From Myxococcales bacterium (GTDB lineage: Bacteria; Myxococcota_A; Polyangia; Polyangiales; JAFGIB01), in NCBI GenBank assembly GCA_028817905.1, contig JAPPOR010000087.1, forward strand, positions 1 through 61,016: a DNA stretch of 61,016 nt. Reading direction: 5' to 3'. Below the pieces are notes generated by a model. It was not told the origin of the DNA. It did no database searches and saw nothing but the letters and a program-made list of their open reading frames with translations. Of the stretch, positions 8,801 to 18,818 are shown piece after piece; positions within the stretch are counted from its first letter, which is position 1, and each line of letters opens with the position of its first letter. A program made the translations under genes and the position numbers.

Positions 8801-10072
8801 GGCCGCGTAGATGTACGTTTCAAGGTCTCTGGGATGGTGGACAAACCAGCGATCCACGGCAACGCCTTTGTACAAGATGCGTCGCTTCGCGTGGCCTCAT
8901 TTCCAGAACCGATTCGCCGCGTGAATGGCAACATCACTTTCAGCGAGCAACGGATTCTACTGGAGCGGTTCACCGCGGACGTAGCCGGGGGCCGCTTGTC
9001 ATGGCGCGGCCTTGCCGGTCTGGACGGGCGCCAGTTCGGCTACTACCGACTCGAGATCCAAGCGGACAACCTAGCACTTAGGCCAAGGGATGAGATCGAC
9101 ATCCACTTTGGAGGCCGGGCGGAGCTGGGATGGCGTCGTGGCGATCGCTTGCCAAAGCTATCAGGAAGCCTCCAGCTCGATCGATTCCGCTACGGACGTG
9201 ATGTCCAGGTTAGCCAGTCGATTCAGGATATCTACAAGAAGAAACGAGCAGAGGTGGAGACGTACGACCCCGATGCCGACATCTTGGCGATCGACCTGCG
9301 CGTCTTGGAAACGGAGCCCCTCATCGTTCAGAACAACCTGATCGACGCACAGCTCCTACTCGATACCAATCAGCAACCGTTCCGGATCGTGGGAACCGAC
9401 CAGCGCTTCGGCGTTCTTGGAAACATGCGCGTCAAGCGCGGCATCCTGCGCTACCGCGATACGAGCTTCGACATTCGCGAGGGTGAGTTCCGCTTCTCCG
9501 ACCCGACCCGCGTCGACCCCACATTCGACATTCGCGCGGTTACCGACGTCCGTCGACGTGGGGACGTTGCCCAGCAGACATGGCACATCATGATGCACGC
9601 TTGGGGCGATCGGGACGAGTTCCGCTGGAATCTCACGAGCGACCCCAACCTCTCCGAGGACGACATCGCGCTGCTGCTTACGCTGGGCATGACACACGCT
9701 GAGCTCGCCCAGGTCGAGACCGGCGACCTCACCAGCACCGCAGCCCTGGAGGCACTGGCGACGGTCACGGGCGTAGAACGCGAGGTCCAGCGGGCCCTTC
9801 CGACGATCGACGATTTCCGGGTCCAGAGCGCCTATTCGCAGCGCAGCAATCGGACCGAGCCGCAGGTCTACATCGGCAAGCGAATCGCCGACCGGGTGCG
9901 GCTATCAGCCGCCACAGGGGTAGGCGAATCTCGTGACTTCCGAACTGGAGTCGAGCTACAAGTAAGCGATCAAACGAGCGTGCAGGCCGTCTACGACAAT
10001 CAGAATGCAACCAGCGCCTCGCAGGTCGGCGACGTCGGCGTCGACTTCAAATGGCGCCTTGAATTCGACTGA
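5876..10072 (+). CDS. tamB: translocation and assembly module protein TamB (AsmA-like, C-terminal DUF490)
   Basis: About 1400-aa beta-rich protein with a single N-terminal TM (ARRILSVLLQWLLLLACLAAAAPLL). The C-terminal end pattern is typical of TamB. It is paired with an Omp85 gene. Start is uncertain: TTG 5876 follows AGGTAGG, and the track start TTG 5780 precedes codons with low third-position GC. Confidence 0.85.
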   Translation: MASARRILSVLLQWLLLLACLAAAAPLLATTVARSPALREYIRGEARRAIRDELGLTSQIADIDLEPAKLSLVAKGITLYHPDEGRLVDAALLRIRPSWLSLMRGTLDLNVVVIENATVHLKLRDGKLVNLPELPETDTQKSPEFDPPLSFLSIRNAHLKLDAGAQGSGELSHIDVQVDATIDNLLEIELKADDGYIRHDNGEDLIHRLVLKAELDNQHVQIEYASLELPDASVGIERGLAKLPLGEGDYAGDVAVQLNLAQLQRLPFDVELPNFRGKIEVKGEVQGRGEQLLRGQGQVVLSRVHIDQFGLGERVVVQVQANPKRIEFDAVFDAIDNGGNLDLNGRLALRDGFPLTVRGNTRNVEFAKLMKQLGVSDNAIVDWLLVGKFELAGTTDPLMLRGPMHFDTRDFQITQGPYHERPKRHILAIPKAELDGQVKVSDEGIQLLDVDATLARSRLEVAEVLLGFDNALRVHAQGAEIDLNDPSPLLQFALDGQGAFDVDVTGTFNDPVVVGSLIFKRFGFNTFPFGDLSADFSLENDSQAVRFTNVEILKRDSHYRTNDLFMDFSEGRLSVETELSLVRLALSDFYDVFHYENDERWTPYQGEVRGTADIRYTLGFPGDSPNGTMRAAIDLDIPNAILDEYAFTDGHFTGRWDWYDHMLGYQGGDLTIDSLALRKGEGTASISGHMRRGELDLVVLGDRIAVKDTEGFGQRVPGLSGTYGVAGTVKGDASLPRADLDLNGQGLRFHGAPLGETRAYVRLTHKGDPWIASALGWPQGQPPAEAPCGHGREGLARGTWPEDPPLRTIDGPEPALLKPMAWVICGEAMDGQIQIDMAVGRTKPMPLRGRVKLSQLALGTVLPRGPGGEQLEGIATGHLHLTDGAMLEPSTLGGEVYFSTLRAGQMAMELQNSGPVHVRFDEGSLNVLSAEFIGPASMLQIHGGGSTKRGLALTVDGNLDLGLLTGLSHTVTDATGRVDVRFKVSGMVDKPAIHGNAFVQDASLRVASFPEPIRRVNGNITFSEQRILLERFTADVAGGRLSWRGLAGLDGRQFGYYRLEIQADNLALRPRDEIDIHFGGRAELGWRRGDRLPKLSGSLQLDRFRYGRDVQVSQSIQDIYKKKRAEVETYDPDADILAIDLRVLETEPLIVQNNLIDAQLLLDTNQQPFRIVGTDQRFGVLGNMRVKRGILRYRDTSFDIREGEFRFSDPTRVDPTFDIRAVTDVRRRGDVAQQTWHIMMHAWGDRDEFRWNLTSDPNLSEDDIALLLTLGMTHAELAQVETGDLTSTAALEALATVTGVEREVQRALPTIDDFRVQSAYSQRSNRTEPQVYIGKRIADRVRLSAATGVGESRDFRTGVELQVSDQTSVQAVYDNQNATSASQVGDVGVDFKWRLEFD

Positions 10073-10098
10073 GCCGCCCGACACCGAGCGAGACCCTG

Positions 10099-13000
10099 TT
10101 GATCCGGCTTCAGCACATCGCGATGTGTCTGCTCCTCTGGCTACCCTGGGCACAGCCTTCGAGCACCCACGCGCAGGTTCCCGAGGTGTACCGCGGGCAT
10201 CCGGTGGTGGCCGTAGAGATTGTGGGAGAAGCCGCAAGCCTCATCGAGCCGGCAGAACTGGGCATCCCTGATGGTGCACGGCTCACCCGCCGGCTACTTC
10301 GGGAGTCGACCGAGCGACTGCTGGCGTCGGACCGCTGGGTCCAGGTGCAAATCGACGCTTCGCCGGCACAGGGCGGCGTCCGCCTGCGCGTACGCCTAGA
10401 GCCGAGGTTCATCCTAACGCGCATACAGCTCAACGGCCACGAGGCCATCGACGAACTGACCCTGCGCGACGTGCTCGGCGTGCGAGAGAACCAGCCGATG
10501 AGTCAGGAGGACCTCTCCGACATAGGCGCCCGCCTCAGGAAGGTGTACGCCGCACGTGGGTATCTGGCGGCTGCCGTAAGCCTCCACCTGCGCGCAACGG
10601 ACAATCCCGGTCGCAAGGTCTTGATGGTGGAGATCACCGAAGGAGATGCGACCACGATCCGCTCGATCCGGTTCACCGGTGATCCCCCAAAGGATCCCAA
10701 CCCTGTCCTCGCTGCGATGGGTTTTGGCGTGGGCGATATGTTGGATCGGGATGCGATCGAGTCACAGGTGGAACAAGGTGCCGCTTTCCTTCGCCGCAAG
10801 GGATATCTGGAAGCGCGAGTAGGCCGGCCCGCCATCACAGTGCAGCCGCAAGGGGCCATCATTGAAGTCGCAAGCCACGTGGGGCCGCGCTACGAACTGC
10901 GCTTGAGCGGGTTCGCACCGCTGCAGGAGCCTGTCGTTCGACAAGCCCTGTCGCTCGACACCGAGCCCCTGACCCGTTCACGCTTGCGCCAGGGAATCCC
11001 AGACGCAATCGGCGACCTGTTTGCTCGCCACGGCTTCGTTGACACCCGAGTCGAAACCCAGAGACTGAAGGGCAAGAAACCCGGAACCGCGGTCCTGCGC
11101 ATCAAGATCACACCGGGCAAGTGGCTTGAGGTGGTCGCGGTATCGTTCGCGGGCGCGCAGCACTTCAGCCGCGATTTTCTACGAGACCAACTCTTCAGCT
11201 ACCTCGAAGAAGACCTCCCGGGCACGGGCATTATCGATCCGGTGGACGCTGAGGTAGCGGACCAGCTCACCCATGGTGAGCGCAGAACGCGACCGCGCGA
11301 GACCCGCCGGCCGCTGCCACGCGACCCCAGACGGATCTACTATTCCAGTACGTACGAGGAAGCGATCGAGCACATCGCTGAACTCTATCGCGCCGAAGGG
11401 TATCTCGGAGTCAAGGTCGGCCCCGCCAAGCTGACGCGCGTGGGCAAGCGGCGCGCCACCGTCGCGATCCCCATCACGGAGGGGCCCCGGACCTACCTTC
11501 ACGAGGTCCGCGTACGCGGCAATGACGTCATGACACCCCGGGAGCTCCTGCTGGCCGCGGGGCTCGAGCGTGGGCAGGCCTTCAGCTACCTGACGCTCGA
11601 AGAAGCTCGGCTACGCATGGTCGACGCGTATCACGAGCGCGGCTACGTCTTTGTCCGTACCCAACCCCAGGTACGCTTTTCGCCCGATCGGACACGCGCA
11701 TCGCTCATGCTGGACGTGGTCGAGGGCTACCCAGTGCGGATTGGCAGGGTCGTCGTCACCGGTGTCGAACGAACCGACGAGCGCTTTGTGCGGGAAGTGC
11801 TGAGCCTTTCCCAGGGCGATGTCTTCCGACCCTCACTCGCCCGCAAGAGTGAGGCCGATCTGCAGGCACTCGGGGTCTTCAGCGGCGTGCGAGTTTCGCT
11901 CGAGGAGCCGGACCTGCCGGCTCGCGTCAAGCGCCTCGTGGTGGAGGTCAGCGAGCGAAAGAGCCAGTACCTGAACTTCAGTGCAGGCGTAAGTACCGGT
12001 CAGGGAATTCGAGGCGGGTTCGAATACGGCTACCGCAATCTGTTTGGCCGCGCGGTCGAACTCTCTCTGAGAGTCCAACTGGCGCACCAATTGTTCTTTG
12101 TCGATCGCTTGGCTGAACGCCGCTTCAAGAACCTCACCTCCCTGAATGAACGTGTAGAGCGACGGATTTCGCTGGGACTGGTGATTCCACGAACTCCGGG
12201 CTTGAGCGATGTGCGCACCTCCTTCGACATAGTGCACTTGCGCGACAACGAGCGCGACTTCGGCCTAGACAAGAACGGCATCGGGGTAACGTTTACCTAC
12301 CTGCCCCTGCGACTGCTCACAACGACGCTAGGAGCAGATCTCGAAAACAACAATGTCGGTCTATTCGTCGGCACCGCCCTGAGCGAGCTCGCCCCCACGT
12401 TGGACCTGCGTCAGCAACGTCTCCTGCGGGTTCCCGAAGGCGACACGACCCTCGTCGCACTGCGCTCCAGCGCCAGCTACGATCGCCGCGACAACCCTTT
12501 CACACCAAAGCGCGGCTTCTTCGTGTCACTCAACGGTGAGATCGCTCGCACATTGACAGCAGAGTCCGTGCAGGACGGCTCCATCGTCAGTAGCTTCGAC
12601 AGCCAGTTCCTCAAGGCCGCTGTATCTGTCAGCAGCTACCTACCGATCGGCGACGATATTGTGTTCGCCAACCAGGGCCGCATCGGGCGTATTTTTCATT
12701 TCACCTCGACGTCGCAGACCTATCCGAACCGCGCCTTCTTCCTAGGTGGCGTGGACACAATGCGCGGCTACTTCGAAGACGCGATGGTTCCCCAGGACGT
12801 GGCTGAAGAGGTCGTCTACAATCCAGAACTAAGCCAGACCAGTATTGTGCGCGCTGGAGACGCCTTCGTCCTTTTTCGCAGCGAGTTGCGACTTCCCCTA
12901 TATGGGCAGCTGCGCGCCGGTCTATTCGTAGACATGGGAAACCTTTGGGCGCAGGCGGAGAATCTCGCCCCCGGAAACCTGCGGCATGCCGTCGGGGCAG

Positions 13001-13119
13001 GCCTGCGCCTGGCCACCCCGGTGGGACCCATCGCAGTCGACTACGGGATCATACTGCGTCGCCGCCGCTCGATCGGCGAACCCTTCGGCACCCTGCACTT
13101 CTCGATCGGGTTATTCTAG
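10099..13119 (+). CDS. Omp85-family outer membrane protein assembly factor (BamA/TamA-like, multiple POTRA repeats plus C-terminal beta-barrel)
   Basis: Signal peptide, repeated POTRA-like modules, and a barrel ending GTLHFSIGLF. The FFLGG...RGY motif is typical of D15/Omp85. TTG start at 10099; ATG 10123 is an alternative. Confidence 0.9.
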   Translation: MIRLQHIAMCLLLWLPWAQPSSTHAQVPEVYRGHPVVAVEIVGEAASLIEPAELGIPDGARLTRRLLRESTERLLASDRWVQVQIDASPAQGGVRLRVRLEPRFILTRIQLNGHEAIDELTLRDVLGVRENQPMSQEDLSDIGARLRKVYAARGYLAAAVSLHLRATDNPGRKVLMVEITEGDATTIRSIRFTGDPPKDPNPVLAAMGFGVGDMLDRDAIESQVEQGAAFLRRKGYLEARVGRPAITVQPQGAIIEVASHVGPRYELRLSGFAPLQEPVVRQALSLDTEPLTRSRLRQGIPDAIGDLFARHGFVDTRVETQRLKGKKPGTAVLRIKITPGKWLEVVAVSFAGAQHFSRDFLRDQLFSYLEEDLPGTGIIDPVDAEVADQLTHGERRTRPRETRRPLPRDPRRIYYSSTYEEAIEHIAELYRAEGYLGVKVGPAKLTRVGKRRATVAIPITEGPRTYLHEVRVRGNDVMTPRELLLAAGLERGQAFSYLTLEEARLRMVDAYHERGYVFVRTQPQVRFSPDRTRASLMLDVVEGYPVRIGRVVVTGVERTDERFVREVLSLSQGDVFRPSLARKSEADLQALGVFSGVRVSLEEPDLPARVKRLVVEVSERKSQYLNFSAGVSTGQGIRGGFEYGYRNLFGRAVELSLRVQLAHQLFFVDRLAERRFKNLTSLNERVERRISLGLVIPRTPGLSDVRTSFDIVHLRDNERDFGLDKNGIGVTFTYLPLRLLTTTLGADLENNNVGLFVGTALSELAPTLDLRQQRLLRVPEGDTTLVALRSSASYDRRDNPFTPKRGFFVSLNGEIARTLTAESVQDGSIVSSFDSQFLKAAVSVSSYLPIGDDIVFANQGRIGRIFHFTSTSQTYPNRAFFLGGVDTMRGYFEDAMVPQDVAEEVVYNPELSQTSIVRAGDAFVLFRSELRLPLYGQLRAGLFVDMGNLWAQAENLAPGNLRHAVGAGLRLATPVGPIAVDYGIILRRRRSIGEPFGTLHFSIGLF

Positions 13120-13203
13120 GAGCACGCCCTGGCGTGGATACTGCACCCGCTGTCGCACGGATTGCGCAGGGATCGTGCCTCGCAGGGGCTCATGATGCAC
13201 TAG
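13116..13203 (+). mobile_element. MITE-like element, degenerate internally deleted copy J
   Basis: Begins at the CTAG containing the Omp85 stop. GGATACTGCACCCGCTGTCGCACGGATTGCGCAGGGATCGTGCCTCGCAGGGGCT aligns with GGATCATTCACGACTTCGGCGTCGGATCGCGCAGGGATTCGGCTTCGCAGGGCT. Ends at CTAG 13200-13203. Confidence 0.5.
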
Positions 13204-13341
13204 ACCCAAGCGCGGTGCCGCCAAGATTTGCCGGGAACAAGGCGAAAATATGCAGCGGTGCACGACTGCCGGCACGGCCCTCTTGACCGCCCCCCCAGGG
13301 CTTGGCAGTGCGCGGCCAAAAGGACCCAAGGGCCACTTCGA

Positions 13342-13369
13342 TTGACAGTTGGCGTGCGATCACTAAATT
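13342..13369 (+). promoter_or_regulatory. sigma70-like promoter (TTGACA, 16-nt spacer, TAAATT)
   Basis: TTGACA at 13342-13347 and TAAATT at 13364-13369. A GAGAGG Shine-Dalgarno and the ATG at 13392 follow. Confidence 0.5.
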
Positions 13370-13391
13370 CTAGCGCCGAGAGGTACTCTTG

Positions 13392-13592
13392 ATGGCGCTA
13401 TCTGAAAAGTTGATCGACAAGCGAGTGTTGCGCCGGTCCCTGGAAAGAGGACTGGTCGACGAGGCAGAGTTCGAAAACCACCTGGCCTCCCTTCCCGACC
13501 TTAGCGGCCAGGTCGAGGACGGCCCAGGGGAACCTGCGGTCCCGGAAGCCAGCCCGCCGCTGCCACCAGCACCGCACGACTTTCAACCGTAG
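13392..13592 (+). CDS. small hypothetical protein (66 aa, Pro-rich tail)
   Basis: Good promoter and SD. Product starts MALSEKLIDKRVLRRSLERGLVDEAEFENHLASLPDLSG. The TAG stop is the first TAG of repeat copy E. Confidence 0.5.
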   Translation: MALSEKLIDKRVLRRSLERGLVDEAEFENHLASLPDLSGQVEDGPGEPAVPEASPPLPPAPHDFQP

Positions 13593-13742
13593 CCCGGACC
13601 TCGCATGACTTCGGCGTCGGATCGCGCGGGGATGGGGCTTGTCGGGGGTTTAAGCAACCGACGGGAGTACACTTCGTTCCCAAGGCGGAAGGCATCGGGA
13701 GTCGAGGTACAAGCGAGGCGGCATCAAAGTCAGGAAGGTTCC
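13589..13742 (+). mobile_element. MITE-like element, diverged copy E
   Basis: GTAGCCCGGACCTCGCATGACTTCGGCGTCGGATCGCGCGGGG...GGAGTCGAGGTACAAGCGAGGCGGCATCAAAGTCA aligns with copy A. The right end has decayed. Confidence 0.75.
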
Positions 13743-13807
13743 AGCGCGAGGCGCCTGCCGTTCACGGTAGGTTGTTACGTCGGATTCTCGGGGATGGGAG
13801 CGTAGCG

Positions 13808-14145
13808 ATGGCAGACAAGACAGACAGTACAGCCGTCGATAGCGACGCGACGGACGACAACGAAATCGAGGACGGGCACCCGGCCCCCATGGATTTCAAC
13901 CTCTTCGTCCTGTCGCTCAATGCTTCGGCTCTGATGCATCTGGGCGAGCCATCCGGCCGCGACGACGGTGCGGAGGTGAACCTACCGATGGCGCGTCAGA
14001 CGATCGACATGATCGCGCTCTTGGAGGAAAAGACGCGCGGCAATCTGACAGGGCAAGAAGAGCAGTTGTTGCACCAGGTGCTCTTCGACCTGCGTATGCG
14101 CTTCGCGAACCGGGTTGGCGCCGGGCACCGGGAACCCTCGGACGG

Positions 14146-14149
<4 letters not shown>
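13808..14149 (+). CDS. DUF1844 domain-containing protein
   Basis: Acidic N-terminus, then MDFNLFVLSLNASALMHLGE and TIDMIALLEEKTRGNLT, typical of DUF1844. Its stop overlaps the clpB start (ATGA at 14146-14149). Confidence 0.75.
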
Positions 14150-16809
<2,660 letters not shown>

Positions 16810-16839
16810 CCTTTCAGCACACGGAGCGACGGCGGACCT

Positions 16840-16899
16840 GCCAAGCGGTCGCCAAGCGGTCGCCAAGCGGCGCCAAGCGGCGCCAAGCGGCGCCAAGCA
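16840..16899. repeat. short tandem repeat: GCCAAGCGGTC x2 then GCCAAGCGGC x3 plus a partial unit
   Basis: Read directly. Starts 31 nt after the clpB stop and is intergenic. Confidence 0.9.
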
Positions 16900-17010
16900 T
16901 GTGCCGAGACCAGCCCCGCGTGGGCATTTTCATGCACAAACTATGCGACCACCGTGCAAGCGATCGAATTCACAAGGTTTTGACTGAAAGGCCCGAATGC
17001 GCCTGCGAAG

Positions 17011-17208
17011 TCAGCGCCTTCGCGGGTACCGAGTGCGAACCGGAATCGGGACCGGCTGGGGCGGAGGCGAGATGACCTGGTCAAGGGCCTCCATGACACC
17101 ATCGATGAGATCGCGAATGCGGTCACCTATGGACTTGCCCCGCAACGGGGTCTTCTCGCCCGCTTCCGACGACACAGTGGGCCCATCCGATTCATCCCGA
17201 TCCGTCAT
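17011..17208 (-). CDS. small hypothetical protein (65 aa)
   Basis: ATG start and acceptable third-position GC. Product starts MTDRDESDGPTVSSEAGEKTPLRGKSIGDRIRDLIDGVMEALDQV. No family recognised, so support is weak. Confidence 0.35.
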   Translation of the reverse strand: MTDRDESDGPTVSSEAGEKTPLRGKSIGDRIRDLIDGVMEALDQVISPPPQPVPIPVRTRYPRRR

Positions 17209-17420
17209 TCCGCTCCGCTACAACAGGTTACTCTTTCAAGTATGTGCCCGGTGGCACTGGTGTCAACTCAGCGCTCCCCGATGGTCACGAACGATCGAGT
17301 GAGCAACGAAATCAGGTAGGGCATGTGCCCTGGGAAACGAACTGTGCTCGCGTTGTTCCTTGTGTAGGTGTATGTAGGGTCGAGCACCCGCTGTCCTCGA
17401 ACGTGATCGGAAGAGCGAGC

Positions 17421-18818
17421 ATGCACATTCATCTAATCGGCGTCTGCGGCACCGGCATGGGATCGCTCGCCGGCCTGCTGAAGCACCAGGGTCACCGCGT
17501 CACGGGAAGCGATCGTGCCTTCCACCCCCCGATGGGAAGCGCACTCACCCGATGGGGCATCGAGTGCTTTGAAGGCTTCGACCCAGCACACCTGGCCGAG
17601 CGCCCGGACTGGGTTGTGATCGGGAACGTCTGCCGACCGGACAACACGGAGGCGCGCGCGGCCATCGACATGGGTCTGCGATACAGCTCACTCGCACGCG
17701 CGATACACGACCTCTACCTGGCCGACCGCAGACCCTTCGTGGTTGCCGGAACCCATGGCAAGACCACGACAACGGCCATGCTGGCATTCCTCCTGGACCG
17801 CACAGGTCGCTCTCCCGGCTTCCTGATCGGCGGGATTCCCAGTGATCTCGAGGAAAGCTATCGCGCTGGAGCCCCCGGCGGCCCGTTCGTCATCGAAGGC
17901 GACGAATACGACAGTGCTTACTTCGAGAAGACGCCCAAGTTCTGGCAGTACGCGCCCCAGGTGGCGCTCATCCATGCCATCGAACACGACCACATCGACA
18001 TCTATCCCGACATGGCTGCCTATCGTGCCGCATTCGCCCACTTCGTCACGCTGATCCCACAAACGGGGCTGCTACTCGTGCCGGACGACAGCGAGGAAGT
18101 AGCGCGGATCGCCTCCGGGGCCAGCTGCCGTGTCGTGCGTTTTGGCTTCGGCCGCGATGCCGATGTGCAAGTCCAACCGCGGGGCGAACAGACGGATGGC
18201 CAGCACTTTCGGCTCCTGCAAGGCGGCACCGTCGCCGGCGAAGGCCGGCTTCCGATGAGTGGTGGACACAATCTTCGCAATGCAGCCGGCGCCCTGGCAA
18301 TGGCCCATCTGGGTGAAGGCGTCGGCTACGAGGTACTCCTGAAGGCACTTTCCTCCTTTGGCGGCGTCGCGCGCCGCCAGCAGCTTCGTGGGCAAGCCGG
18401 AGGCGTCCGGGTCTATGACGATTTCGCCCACCATCCGACCGCGGTGGCGCAAACGCTGCTAGGGCTACGAATGCGGCATCCGCAAGGCAAGCTAGTCGCG
18501 ATCTTCGAGCCGCGGAGCGCGACGGCGTCGCGACGCACACACCAAACGGAATATGAAGCTGCCTTCGCCGCCGCCGACGAAACTTGGATCGCTCCCGTGG
18601 GCCGCCCAGAAATAGACGAGACGGAACGGTTGGATGTCCAAGCGGTGGCCGCAGGCATTCGCGACCACGGAGGCTCCGCACACGCGGCCGAGGATGTGGA
18701 AACGATCGTCGATGAGGTTGCAGCCGGGGCTGTGGCAGGCGATACGGTGGTCGTAATGTCCAACGGTGCATTCGGCGGTATTCACGAACGGCTGCTGACC
18801 CGTTTGGAGTCCGCATGA
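17421..18818 (+). CDS. mpl: UDP-N-acetylmuramate:L-alanyl-gamma-D-glutamyl-meso-diaminopimelate ligase
   Basis: MHIHLIGVCGTGMGSLAGLL N-terminus, Mur ligase P-loop VAGTHGKTTTTAM, and EGDEYDSAYFEKTPKF, typical of Mpl. Confidence 0.9.
   Translation: MHIHLIGVCGTGMGSLAGLLKHQGHRVTGSDRAFHPPMGSALTRWGIECFEGFDPAHLAERPDWVVIGNVCRPDNTEARAAIDMGLRYSSLARAIHDLYLADRRPFVVAGTHGKTTTTAMLAFLLDRTGRSPGFLIGGIPSDLEESYRAGAPGGPFVIEGDEYDSAYFEKTPKFWQYAPQVALIHAIEHDHIDIYPDMAAYRAAFAHFVTLIPQTGLLLVPDDSEEVARIASGASCRVVRFGFGRDADVQVQPRGEQTDGQHFRLLQGGTVAGEGRLPMSGGHNLRNAAGALAMAHLGEGVGYEVLLKALSSFGGVARRQQLRGQAGGVRVYDDFAHHPTAVAQTLLGLRMRHPQGKLVAIFEPRSATASRRTHQTEYEAAFAAADETWIAPVGRPEIDETERLDVQAVAAGIRDHGGSAHAAEDVETIVDEVAAGAVAGDTVVVMSNGAFGGIHERLLTRLESA

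Noticed and set aside
12005-12020. tRNA T-arm-like GGGTTCGAATAC; general search for tRNA, rRNA, tmRNA, RNase P and SRP genes.
   Set aside because: The match lies inside the Omp85 coding frame and has no acceptor or anticodon stems around it. No other T-loop-like or conserved RNA core sequences were seen by eye. The GAAAGCCCTGTGGAG in the repeat only superficially recalls RNase P.
16840-16899. CRISPR-like arrays (tandem repeats at 16840-16899, 33208-33330, 45325-45611).
   Set aside because: The units are contiguous with no spacers, are 10-21 bp long, and two of the three arrays are in-frame coding repeats. No cas genes are present.
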